This document shows positions 43,415 to 51,593 of a stretch of 64,000 bases of DNA, piece by piece (within the stretch, counting starts at the first letter, position 1; the number at the start of each line of letters is the position of its first letter). A program made the translations under genes and the position numbers. Below the pieces are notes generated by a model. The model was not told the DNA's origin. It did not search any database and saw nothing but the letters and a program-made list of their open reading frames with translations. The stretch spans positions 70,047-134,046 of the forward strand of contig CAYPFM010000002.1 in assembly GCA_964410185.1 (NCBI GenBank), given 5' to 3'. Origin of the DNA: an uncultured Candidatus Saccharibacteria bacterium. Lineage in GTDB: Bacteria; Patescibacteriota; Saccharimonadia; Saccharimonadales; JAUPVS01.

Positions 43415-44011
43415 TTAGCTGGCTGTGACAGTAGCCCGACTGGCTTGCTGAAGCTCATGGGCTTCGAGTGCTTGTTGGGTGCTTAATGGGTGATGATGAA
43501 GCTCTACGCGGCCACCGTAGATACCTTCCCCTGCACTATCCATACGAAGTGTTAATGGACGATCGTAGGTGCCTTCGGGTACGTCAGTGTGGGCCGCAGC
43601 GTCGGTCAGTCCGTGGATGCTAAAAACACCTTCATCAAAGCTAATCTCACCGTTCCGAAAAGAAAACGCCTCACTACTAAAGGTGACCGCGACTAACTCC
43701 GTATCAACAGGGGTCCAACCAGGGTTGCCGTCACTGACCTTACCTTGTTCGAACGGGTTCACATACTGTCGAAACGGTCGTGGGGTTGGGTTGCCACGGA
43801 CGCGTAAGGAGCTTTTCCACTCTCTGTCGTCGGCTACTTGGCGGTTGTCGAGGCTGAAGCCATAGAAAGCACCGCTGGCGACATTACCGAGTTGAAGGGT
43901 TGGCTGCGACTCCTGGGCAAGGATTTTGCCAAGGAAACCGGCGAGCTCGGGCGAGGGCACCTTGATTCTTAGTAAGTAATCAACAAAGTGGTGCTTCAAA
44001 TCCATAGCCAA
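43415..44011 (-). CDS. hypothetical protein (shares a short xGEG(I/L)Y segment with 46803..47201)
   Basis: 198 aa. No recognisable domain. LTLRMDSAGEGIYGG resembles IEMRLEDS...SDTGEGLYIADG in the 132-aa protein. Confidence 0.5.
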   Translation of the reverse strand: MAMDLKHHFVDYLLRIKVPSPELAGFLGKILAQESQPTLQLGNVASGAFYGFSLDNRQVADDREWKSSLRVRGNPTPRPFRQYVNPFEQGKVSDGNPGWTPVDTELVAVTFSSEAFSFRNGEISFDEGVFSIHGLTDAAAHTDVPEGTYDRPLTLRMDSAGEGIYGGRVELHHHPLSTQQALEAHELQQASRATVTAS

Positions 44012-44079
44012 TACCCCAATTCTAAATTTAGGATAAGTATAATCCTCTGCTTTTCTTTTGTCTAGGATTGGCAGCTACG

Positions 44080-44658
44080 TTAGTAGATTGGTTCAATGTC
44101 GACCAGATGGAGGGCTGGAACCGATGGCCTGGCTGCGCCCCGAAGTCGGCCAAAGATGTATTGGTCGATGCGGCCGATGTCCCGCAGTGGGGATCGGCTA
44201 TGATGAGGGCGGTTTTTGGTGTAGGCCTTAATTTTGCGACCACAGTCTTGCATCATAACTCGTTCCTCAGGCGAAGCCTTTGCCCAGACGGGCTCAATGC
44301 CATAGCCCTCAACGACGGCTACTCGAGCAAGCGTTCGATAATGAGGCGTGCCTTCTGCTTGGAAGGTGTACCATTCGGTCGGTGCGACACTAATACCAGC
44401 GGCGCGGAGGAGCTGGAACTCGTTGTTCGTCTGTTCTAGCAGGGCCTCAATTCCTTCGAGGCTACACGGCGCCGCAACATGCCTTGGGGACTCTCGGAGG
44501 CGGACTTCTCGAACGATGTGACTAAAGCCATCACTAACTTGGGCTTGCATGGCCTCCCGCCTATCCAGCCAAGACTCTTCTCCTTGTACTTCAAACCAGA
44601 CAATCGGCTGATTGGGCCAGGGGGCGCCAACTTCTGCAACCGTGGCTGGTAAATTCAC
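44080..44658 (-). CDS. hypothetical protein, paralog of the core of 45913..46758 (possible kinase-like fold)
   Basis: 192 aa, GTG start. Shared motifs with the 281-aa protein: G-I-x-V-A-P, D-[IV]-x3-D-Q-Y-I, L-V-D. Confidence 0.5.
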   Translation of the reverse strand: MNLPATVAEVGAPWPNQPIVWFEVQGEESWLDRREAMQAQVSDGFSHIVREVRLRESPRHVAAPCSLEGIEALLEQTNNEFQLLRAAGISVAPTEWYTFQAEGTPHYRTLARVAVVEGYGIEPVWAKASPEERVMMQDCGRKIKAYTKNRPHHSRSPLRDIGRIDQYIFGRLRGAARPSVPALHLVDIEPIY

Positions 44659-44665
44659 GGCTTCT

Positions 44666-45700
44666 CTATTCGGCTAGAGCGTAGGTAGCTTTGGCGACGC
44701 GCTTGAACTGGGCTTTGCCCTGCAGGTTCAAAAGGATGGTCGTTTCTTTAACGTGACGGCTTTTAAGGACGCGCTTGACGATTTCATCGCGGTGGAGGGG
44801 TTCGCCTGCCTTTTGGAGGACTTCGGTGATGATATCGGCCACAGTGCCCTTCTCGTAGCCCCATTCCTTTAAGGCGTAGATGCCGCGGCCAATCAGAACG
44901 AAGCGACTATCTTTGATCAGTTCGTTGTGGATGGCTTGGGTGGTGACATCTTTGCGCTTGAATTCACTGCCCTTGATGGCTTCGGAAATCTCATTAAAGT
45001 GGAGGGGCTTCCCTTTTTCGTAAAGAATGACGTAGATTTTGTCACGAATGTTCTTGGGGTTGACCATTGGCCACTTCACTAGGCCCCAGCGACCGTTAAG
45101 GGTGGCTAATTGCTTAGAGGTGCTAGCCAAGGCGGCAACGTGCTTGCTGTCGGTGTCTTTAACAGAGGTGGCAACCTTGTCGATAGAAGTTGGTTCCCCG
45201 CCCTTTTTGATGGCGTCGATAATCTTGGCAACCTGATCTTTCATCTGTTTTTCGGTGTGGAGCTTGGCCAAACCGACAGCGTGGTAGAAGTTGTCGTTTT
45301 CGTCGATAACAGCCAGGTTTGGGCACAGTAAGGTCAGAAAAGCGACGCGGGCTTGGTCGGTGCGGCTGTTGTCTTTGGTGAGCTTGGCACTGAGGTCGCT
45401 GACGCGGCTGACGCCACCCAGTTGCTCAAGTTCGGTTACGAAACGAGCCTGTAGCTCTTTGATGTGTGGCAGGTCCTGTTCAGCGGTACTCTTGAGGCGT
45501 GTGATAACAGCTTTTTCGAGTTGGCGAACGCGTTCGCGTGTGATGCCAAGGAGTTCCCCAATCTGTTCTAGGGTTTCTTTTCGTTCAAACAGGCCAAAAC
45601 GGCGCGCAATGATTTCGCGTTCTCGTTCACGCTCGATAGTTGCTAGAACATCATTAATAATCTGTTCAATATCGAGTGTGGTCGGGGTTTGGTCTGCCAT
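44666..45700 (-). CDS. sigma-70 region-4-like HTH protein with repeated HARE-HTH (RpoE/delta N-terminal-like) domains
   Basis: EIIARRFGLFERKETLEQIGELLGITRERVRQLEKAVITRLK is region 4. I see no region 2. The C-terminal half has 2-3 HARE-HTH-like units (GKPLHFNEISEAI...GRGIYALKEW; GEPLHRDEIVKRV...ATYALA). ATG 45700 is preceded by AAGGAA; the ORF could also start at TTG 45751. Confidence 0.6.
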   Translation of the reverse strand: MADQTPTTLDIEQIINDVLATIEREREREIIARRFGLFERKETLEQIGELLGITRERVRQLEKAVITRLKSTAEQDLPHIKELQARFVTELEQLGGVSRVSDLSAKLTKDNSRTDQARVAFLTLLCPNLAVIDENDNFYHAVGLAKLHTEKQMKDQVAKIIDAIKKGGEPTSIDKVATSVKDTDSKHVAALASTSKQLATLNGRWGLVKWPMVNPKNIRDKIYVILYEKGKPLHFNEISEAIKGSEFKRKDVTTQAIHNELIKDSRFVLIGRGIYALKEWGYEKGTVADIITEVLQKAGEPLHRDEIVKRVLKSRHVKETTILLNLQGKAQFKRVAKATYALAE

Positions 45701-45759
45701 ATCGTATTCCTTGTCTGTTAAGTCATCGGGCGCCCACTCTGCCGTCAACAATTACTAAC

Positions 45760-45788
45760 ATTATAAAACTTTAATTATTAAAAGTCAA
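45760..45788 (-). promoter_or_regulatory. promoter TTGACT-N17-TATAAT for the sigma-r4/HARE-HTH gene
   Basis: The minus strand reads TTGACTtttaataattaaagtttTATAATgttagtaaTTG. Confidence 0.6.
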
Positions 45789-45912
45789 ACGTATGTCTTT
45801 ATGTAGTTATTGTAGCACCAACTGGACTATCGTGCGTGACTATTGCGTGGCAATATTACAACAAAATAGTCTGAACAGATAGCAAGTTGGGGATAAGTTG
45901 GTGGCTTGTTGA

Positions 45913-46758
45913 TTACAGGCTGCGGGTCATGTCGTACAAATGTTCCAAGGCGTGGTTGGCTACTTTCATCCGTAAATCCGCTTCCTCTTCCACCTTGGCG
46001 ATAATTTCGAGGTCGTTGGTGACTTGGGTGTGAGTGGTCGTATCCATGTAGGCATACAGCCCGCCAGTGGTCAGCCAAACATGAAAGATGGTGAACGCGC
46101 CTTCAAAGTTATCACCAAACCGTAAGTGCTCCTCGCCGGTGTCAACAAGGATTGGCTCCCCCTGTTGATTGACGATGTATTGATCAGTTTTGCTGACATC
46201 AAAAAAGAAGGGGTTGTCGGTCGGTTCGGTGCCGGCGAGGTGCTTCAGATAGGTGTCACGCGCGTACTTGCTTAATTTTTGGGTGAGACTGCTGGCTGCC
46301 GCTGTCTTTGCCTCTGTTGGGACATCGGTACTTTCGAACCATTCTTCCAGTTGTGTGCCTGGAACATGCGGACTGATGCGAAGCAGGCTCGGGACACCGT
46401 CGACCTCTGCAACGGCGTGCCAGCGCGGCGCAACAGCAATACCGTAACCTTCTAGGATATCAAGCTTGTTTTCGAACGGCTCCTGTCCTTCTGCCAAGGG
46501 GTCAAGGACGGCACGCTTCAAGCAGGAATAGGCATATTTTCGGTCGTACGATGGTTCGGTTGAGTCGAAGGCCGGGCGATTGTACTTGTCGAGGATGGCT
46601 GCATTTGGGTACAGATGACGCAGCCAGGCTACCGGCTCGCTTTCCGTGCCGTAGAGCGGGCGTACTGGGAACTCCTGACACTCAGAGAGCAGATGGGGCT
46701 CCAGGCTCAGTTCACCGGGCACGGCACGAATAGCGGGAATCTCAACAAGATGTTGCAT
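45913..46758 (-). CDS. hypothetical protein, larger paralog of 44080..44658 (possible kinase-like fold)
   Basis: 281 aa. GYGIAVAPRW, FFDVSKTDQYIV, PILVDTGE. Confidence 0.5.
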   Translation of the reverse strand: MQHLVEIPAIRAVPGELSLEPHLLSECQEFPVRPLYGTESEPVAWLRHLYPNAAILDKYNRPAFDSTEPSYDRKYAYSCLKRAVLDPLAEGQEPFENKLDILEGYGIAVAPRWHAVAEVDGVPSLLRISPHVPGTQLEEWFESTDVPTEAKTAAASSLTQKLSKYARDTYLKHLAGTEPTDNPFFFDVSKTDQYIVNQQGEPILVDTGEEHLRFGDNFEGAFTIFHVWLTTGGLYAYMDTTTHTQVTNDLEIIAKVEEEADLRMKVANHALEHLYDMTRSL

Positions 46759-46766
46759 AAGACAGT

Positions 46767-46775
46767 ATTATAACA
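46767..46775 (-). promoter_or_regulatory. extended -10 box TGTTATAAT; 8 nt before ATG 46758
   Basis: The minus strand reads ttaTGTTATAATactgtcttATG. Confidence 0.55.
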
Positions 46776-46802
46776 TAATAACGTGGCCATCGCCAGTTTG
46801 AT

Positions 46803-47201
46803 TTAAAGACGAGGCTGGGTCAAGATGCAACGTAGGACGGTGCTTCTCGCGTTGGCAATATCAAACACCGTCTCTGCGTAGCGGGCTTCGAGTCCGGCAA
46901 CATTGGCTTCATCAATTCTCTTGGTGGAGTCCATTGCAATTGAGTAGTCCTCTGGTGGACAAGCACCGCACTGGTCACAGGCAATTTTGGCCGCAAAACC
47001 GGTTAGGTTTAGTACGGGTGTTGATTCGCCATCAGCTATGTAGAGCCCCTCGCCGGTGTCGCTCATAACGCGAGCGGCCGGCGAATCTTCTAGGCGCATT
47101 TCAATGACATCTTCGACTTCTCCCTGAGCTTCGACGTCAACATAGAGGCCGCAACGGCGAACACCTTTAATGACTGCTTCAACGGGACGGTAGCGATTCA
47201 T
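46803..47201 (-). CDS. hypothetical protein (CDQCGAC motif)
   Basis: 132 aa. No recognisable domain. Confidence 0.45.
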   Translation of the reverse strand: MNRYRPVEAVIKGVRRCGLYVDVEAQGEVEDVIEMRLEDSPAARVMSDTGEGLYIADGESTPVLNLTGFAAKIACDQCGACPPEDYSIAMDSTKRIDEANVAGLEARYAETVFDIANARSTVLRCILTQPRL

Positions 47202-47207
47202 AAGTTA

Positions 47208-47216
47208 ATTATAACA
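47208..47216 (-). promoter_or_regulatory. extended -10 box TGTTATAAT; 6 nt before ATG 47201
   Basis: The minus strand reads GCTTTTTTATGTTATAATtaacttATG. The same 18-mer GCTTTTTTATGTTATAAT precedes 54178. Confidence 0.55.
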
Positions 47217-47237
47217 TAAAAAAGCAACTAGCGCTAG

Positions 47238-49541
47238 CTACTTCTTCTTGGCAGCGGTTTTGCGCTTGGGGAACTTGCGTCCCTTGCCCTTGGCCGGCGC
47301 GGCGGCGAGGAGTTCTTTACACTCCTTCTCTGTTAGCTCGGCGGGTTCCTTGTCTTTTGGAATCTTGGCGTTCTTCTTGCCGTCGGTTATGTAAGGGCCG
47401 TACTGGCCGTTCAAAACGTCTATACCGCTGTCGAAGCGCTGGATGTACTTGTTGGCTTCTTTTTCGAGCTTTTCTTTGTAAGCAACCAGGGCTTCTTCGA
47501 GGGTAATGGTCAGCGGATCGGCGCCTTTAACAGAGACAAAAAGCTTGTCGACCTGGATGTAGGGGCCAAAACGGCCGATGTTGGCTTTGATCTCTTTGCC
47601 GTCTTCGGTCAGGCCGACGGTGCGCGGCAGTTTAAACATTTCTAGGGCCTGCTCCAGCGTGACTGTTTCCAGGGTGGTGTTGGCCGGCAGCGGCGCGAAG
47701 CGGGGTTTTTCTTCACTTTCGGTCTCGCCCATTTGCAGCATGGCGCCATAGCGGCCATAACGAGCGATGATGGGCTTACCGGACTTAGGGTCTGGGCCTA
47801 ATTCACGGGCCTGTGAGGCCTCTTGGCGGCTGACATCGGCTGCACCCTCGATGAGGGGGTGAAAGTCCTTGTAGAAGTCCTTGAGCATTTGCTGCCACTT
47901 CTCTTTGCCCTCGGCGATGTCATCGAACTCGGCTTCGACCTTGGCGGTAAAGTCGTAATCGAGGACGGTGCCAAAGTGTTTGGTCAAGAAGTCGGTGGTC
48001 ATGTCGGCAATGCCGGTCGGGACCAGCTTATTGCGGTCGGCCCCTGTTATCTCGGTGCGGGTGGCGCTAGTGATAGTGCCCTTCTCTAAGGTAATGGTCT
48101 CAACTTCTCTTTCGACGCCTTCGAGGTCCTTCTTTTCGATATAGCCGCGGCTCTGGATGGTGCTGATAGTCGGTGCATAGGTAGATGGCCGACCGATGCC
48201 CAGCTCTTCTAACTTCTTCACCAAAGCGGCTTCGCTGTAGCGGGCGGCTGATTTGCTGAAGGTTTGGGTGGCGGTCATGCTGTTGAGCGGTAGTTTTTGC
48301 CCCTGTTCCACGGCTGGCAGAATGGTGTCGTCCTTGCCTCCCCCGTAGACCTTAAGGAAGCCATCGAACTGGAGGACTTCACCCTTGGCGATGAAGGCCG
48401 GCTTGGTTGTGCTGGGTTGAATGGTGATTTCGCTCTTTTCCAGCTGGGCGGGCGCCATCTGGCTGGCCAGGGTGCGCCGCCAGATGAGGTCGTACAGCTT
48501 TTGCTGCTGCGCATCGTCACCGAGGTTCTGCCTGCTGAAATCAGTCGGTCGAATGGCTTCGTGTGCCTCCTGGGCACCGGCGGACTTGGTCTTGAAGGTG
48601 CGCAGTTGGTAGTAGTCTTTGCCGTATTGATGCTGAATGTAGTCGGCGGCATTGTTGAGAGCCAGCTGTGACAGGTTGGTGCTGTCGGTACGCATGTAGG
48701 TAATGTGCCCACTTTCGTATAGGCGCTGAGCTAGGGTCATGGTTTGACGAACGCTGTAGCCAAGCCGCAGGGCGGCCGCTTGCTGCAGTGTACTAGTGGT
48801 AAATGGTCCTGATGGGTTGCGGGTGCTGGGCTTGGCCGTCATGTCGGTAACGGTAAATTCGGCCGGCACGCAGTCTTCTAGGAACTTCTGGGCTTCTGCT
48901 TTGGTTGGCAACTTGGTGGCTAATTCGGCTTTCAGTTCCTGGCCTTCAACGTCAAACAAGGCCGCAATCTTATAGGTAACCTCGGCTTCGTGGGCGTTAA
49001 TTTCGCGCTCACGCTCGACGATTAGGCGGACAGCTACAGATTGGACGCGGCCGGCACTCAGGCCGGTTCTTACCTTTTTCCACAAGACGGGCGAAAGCTC
49101 ATAACCAACCAAACGGTCGAGGATGCGACGGGCTTGCTGGGCATCGACCAGATCCTGGTCGACGGTGCGTGGGTTTTCGATGGCGTGCAGGATGGCGGTC
49201 TTGGTGATTTCATGAAAGACAATTCGCTTAGTCGTCTTGGGATCTAGCTTCAGGGCACTGGCCAGATGCCAGGCAATCGCCTCCCCTTCGCGGTCTTCAT
49301 CAGATGCCAACCAGACGGTAGCATCCTTGGCGGCTTTGCGCAGCTCGGCGACGACCTTCTTTTTATCAGCGCTGACTTCGTAGGTAGGCTCGAAGTTATT
49401 GGCGATGTCTATATTAAGACCTTTTTTCGGCAAATCACGGATGTGGCCAAAACTACTTTTGACGGTGTAGTCTTTGCCTAAATATTTTTCGATCGTCTTG
49501 GCTTTCGCCGGACTCTCAACGATTACTAAGTTTTTAGCCAT
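47238..49541 (-). CDS. topA: DNA topoisomerase I (type IA)
   Basis: 767 aa. Toprim N-terminus (LVIVESPAKAKTI, DEDREGEAI), active-site region SGHITYMRTDS, Lys-rich tail. Confidence 0.96.
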   Translation of the reverse strand: MAKNLVIVESPAKAKTIEKYLGKDYTVKSSFGHIRDLPKKGLNIDIANNFEPTYEVSADKKKVVAELRKAAKDATVWLASDEDREGEAIAWHLASALKLDPKTTKRIVFHEITKTAILHAIENPRTVDQDLVDAQQARRILDRLVGYELSPVLWKKVRTGLSAGRVQSVAVRLIVEREREINAHEAEVTYKIAALFDVEGQELKAELATKLPTKAEAQKFLEDCVPAEFTVTDMTAKPSTRNPSGPFTTSTLQQAAALRLGYSVRQTMTLAQRLYESGHITYMRTDSTNLSQLALNNAADYIQHQYGKDYYQLRTFKTKSAGAQEAHEAIRPTDFSRQNLGDDAQQQKLYDLIWRRTLASQMAPAQLEKSEITIQPSTTKPAFIAKGEVLQFDGFLKVYGGGKDDTILPAVEQGQKLPLNSMTATQTFSKSAARYSEAALVKKLEELGIGRPSTYAPTISTIQSRGYIEKKDLEGVEREVETITLEKGTITSATRTEITGADRNKLVPTGIADMTTDFLTKHFGTVLDYDFTAKVEAEFDDIAEGKEKWQQMLKDFYKDFHPLIEGAADVSRQEASQARELGPDPKSGKPIIARYGRYGAMLQMGETESEEKPRFAPLPANTTLETVTLEQALEMFKLPRTVGLTEDGKEIKANIGRFGPYIQVDKLFVSVKGADPLTITLEEALVAYKEKLEKEANKYIQRFDSGIDVLNGQYGPYITDGKKNAKIPKDKEPAELTEKECKELLAAAPAKGKGRKFPKRKTAAKKK

Positions 49542-49584
49542 ATGCGTGATGTCTAGTATACCTTATTAGTGACAAGGCGTAATC

Positions 49585-50250
49585 CTACGGCAATTTTGGC
49601 GACAATGCAAATAAATTAAGAATTTGCTCAGCGTCCTGGACCAGCTGCGCACCTTGGTTGATTAAGTTATGTGTCCCAACGCTGTTGTTACTAAAGATAC
49701 TGCCCGGCACGGCCAAAACTTCCTTGCCCTGATCTAACGCAAACTGAGCGGTGTGCAGGCTGCCGCTTTTCTCGGCCGCCTCAGTAATAAGCACGGCGTG
49801 GCTGAGGCCGGCAATGATGCGGTTGCGGGCGATGAAGTGGTATTTGTGCGGCCTGAGTTGGCCAGGATATTCGCTGACCAGTGCCCCACCCTGTCGCACG
49901 ATAGTTTCCGCCAACCGGCGATGGGTGGCGGGATAGATACTTTCGATACCACCCGGCAATACGGCAATAGTCTTGCCCCCGGCGTCCAGGGTTGCTTGAT
50001 GGGCGACGCTGTCGACTCCTAAGGCCAGCCCGCTTACAATCGGAATACTGGCCCAAGCCACAGTGGCTGTCATCCGCGTTGTAACTTCTCTGCCATATGG
50101 GGTAACCGCCCGGCTCCCCACAATCGCCAGCGTCTTGTACGCCAGTATCTCAGTGTTACCAACGACGTACAGCTTATAGGCGGGTTGCGGCAGCTTTGTT
50201 AGTTGGTGTGGGTAATGTCGGTCACCCGGGATAAGTTCGTGTACCTCCAC
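49585..50250 (-). CDS. dprA: DNA-processing protein DprA (core Rossmann-like domain only)
   Basis: 221 aa, GTG start after AAGGAG. GLALGVDSVAHQATLDAGGKTIAVLPGG and SGSLHTAQFALDQGKEVLAVPG. Confidence 0.85.
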   Translation of the reverse strand: MEVHELIPGDRHYPHQLTKLPQPAYKLYVVGNTEILAYKTLAIVGSRAVTPYGREVTTRMTATVAWASIPIVSGLALGVDSVAHQATLDAGGKTIAVLPGGIESIYPATHRRLAETIVRQGGALVSEYPGQLRPHKYHFIARNRIIAGLSHAVLITEAAEKSGSLHTAQFALDQGKEVLAVPGSIFSNNSVGTHNLINQGAQLVQDAEQILNLFALSPKLP

Positions 50251-50529
50251 GCTCGGCTCCTTTCAGATTGGTGCCTCGCGGGTTTCTGTATATAGCTTAG
50301 CAACAGCTACGATTTTGGGAGCGCAAATTAACCGGTTTTTAATGATTCAGATTAATAAAGTTAATAATCCCACACCGTAGCATTCTTAAAAAACTTAATC
50401 TGAATTCTTACCTTTTGGTTAAATGGTGCTCCAAAATCCATAGCACACCAAAAGGCACTGTAAGAGCCGGCCAACAGAGGTCGAAAACATAATTTAAAGA
50501 AACTAAGTTGCACAAAAAGCAAAATAGTA

Positions 50530-50557
50530 TTGACAAACAACAGAAAGTTGCTAAAAT
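50530..50557 (+). promoter_or_regulatory. orphan promoter TTGACA-N16-(TGC)TAAAAT with no long ORF downstream
   Basis: -35 box at 50530-50535, -10 box at 50552-50557, extended TG at 50549-50550. Confidence 0.55.
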
Positions 50558-50824
50558 AGCAATCCGTAAGCGTAATACTTTACGTTTCGCACCTTTTACC
50601 CCCAATTCTAACAAATTGTTAGATTGTTCTCAGAGCGGCAGCCTAAGTTGTTACCCTCCACTTATCGCAGCACTCGGTGTCAAAACCGAACGCTCTAGAA
50701 CAAACTAATCCCTTTAACAGATCCCGGAACCAGGCTTGCCTGGTCGAGGTCCCCAATTCAAAGTGAGTATTCAAGTATTCTGCGACCTTCGGGTCCAGAG
50801 GCGCACATCTTTAAGGAGTTTTGG

Positions 50825-50902
50825 ATGCTGACGCTTCACTGGGGTGGGTTGAAGGGTGTAATTTGGGGAGAACCTGACATTCTTGGTTCTCCTTTGAAAT
50901 AG
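50825..50902 (+). CDS. candidate 25-aa sORF inside the orphan transcript
   Basis: AAGGAG at 50813-50818, a 6-nt spacer, ATG at 50825. MLTLHWGGLKGVIWGEPDILGSPLK*. The stop abuts the terminator. Confidence 0.25.
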   Translation: MLTLHWGGLKGVIWGEPDILGSPLK

Positions 50903-50941
50903 GCCTCCAGCGGTGCCCACCCCCTCTGGAGGTCTTTTTTT
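50901..50941 (+). terminator. rho-independent terminator
   Basis: AGGCCTCCAG-N15-CTGGAGGTCT (10 bp including one G-U pair) followed by TTTTTTT. Confidence 0.8.
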
Positions 50942-51578
50942 ATACAATAAAACTGCGGGTTTCGGTAGGTAGTTGCCCGCCGTAGATATATTCCACCAAA
51001 AGACTGTTCACCTCTTGTGCTAAGGCCGGGAGGTGTTTTTGTTCATCAGCCGTAAACTTGCCCAAGACGAAATCGGCGCTGTCGGCCTGGCCAGAAAAGT
51101 CATTGGCTATGCCGATGCGGACGCGGCCGGTGGCTGGGCTGCCGAGGGCAATGATCGATTTAACGCCGTTGTGTCCAGCGTGGCCGCCACCGGTACGGAG
51201 ACGGATCTGACCAAACGGGATGTCAATTTCGTCGTGCACGACCACGGTGTCGGCATCACTGACCTTGTAGAAGCGCTGTACGGCCTGTACAGCCTCGCCA
51301 CTGTTGTTCATGAAGGTAGAGGGCTTACAGAGGATAACGCGCGTCTGACCAAGGTTGTGAGTGCTCAGGTGGGCTTTTAAATCCTTCTTATTGGTCCAGG
51401 CTGGAAAGTCGTTTGTTTGGGCAAAGTAGTCCAAGCTGTAAAAACCAACGTTGTGGCGCGTTAATTCATACTCTTTGCCTGGGTTGCCAAGTCCAACGAT
51501 AAGGATGGTTTTGGTGAGTCCAACGCTGTAAAGAGGTGGTTCGATATTGCTGTTTTGCTCACGGACGAATAATCCCAT
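50940..51578 (-). CDS. pth: peptidyl-tRNA hydrolase
   Basis: 212 aa. LIVGLGNPGKEYELTRHNVGF, GHNGVKS. Has an N-terminal extension of about 20 aa relative to typical Pth. Confidence 0.92.
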   Translation of the reverse strand: MGLFVREQNSNIEPPLYSVGLTKTILIVGLGNPGKEYELTRHNVGFYSLDYFAQTNDFPAWTNKKDLKAHLSTHNLGQTRVILCKPSTFMNNSGEAVQAVQRFYKVSDADTVVVHDEIDIPFGQIRLRTGGGHAGHNGVKSIIALGSPATGRVRIGIANDFSGQADSADFVLGKFTADEQKHLPALAQEVNSLLVEYIYGGQLPTETRSFIV

Positions 51579-51593
51579 AGCGTCTAGTATCGG

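Larger units (their letters stand above)
50564..50941 (+). ncRNA. candidate structured RNA of about 375 nt, unknown class, bounded by promoter and terminator
   Basis: Consensus promoter upstream and a strong terminator at the 3' end. Multiple local hairpins (TCTAACA-aat-TGTTAGA, CCAGG-cttg-CCTGG, GACC-ttcg-GGTC, GGAGAACC-N10-GGTTCTCC). No ORF of 60 aa or more with coding character. Confidence 0.4.

Noticed and set aside
45701-45751. TTG start at 45751 for the sigma-r4/HARE-HTH gene, 8 nt after its TATAAT box (would be a leaderless TTG start).
   Set aside because: Leaderless initiation generally requires AUG. The in-frame ATG at 45700 has an AAGGAA 6 nt upstream. I kept 45700 as the start, but the longer form cannot be excluded.
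50408-50708. ORFs of 66 aa (+, TTG start at 50508) and 68 aa (-, 50408-50614) in the dprA-pth gap.
   Set aside because: The + ORF starts upstream of the promoter that best explains the locus, and it has no coding-like composition. The - ORF is hydrophobic but lacks any start signal and spans the promoter. The RNA/sORF interpretation is preferred but remains unproven.
50841-50868. Four G-tracts (GGGG-GGG-GGG-GGGG) that could form a G-quadruplex.
   Set aside because: The loops are long (up to 8 nt) and the tracts are also explained by alternative base-pairing with the C-rich 5' segment. Nothing supports this beyond pattern matching.
50564-50941. Tested whether the orphan transcript is tmRNA, RNase P RNA, SRP/4.5S RNA or 6S RNA.
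   Set aside because: I found no tRNA-like 3' end (GGTTCGA..CCACCA) and no tag ORF ending in a typical ..A(L/A)AA stop. I found no GAGGAAAGTCCGGGC / ACAGAA..CGGCTTA P4 elements and no GGAAGCAGC domain IV motif. The length of about 375 nt is wrong for 6S or 4.5S RNA. Identification by eye is weak, so cmscan is still needed.
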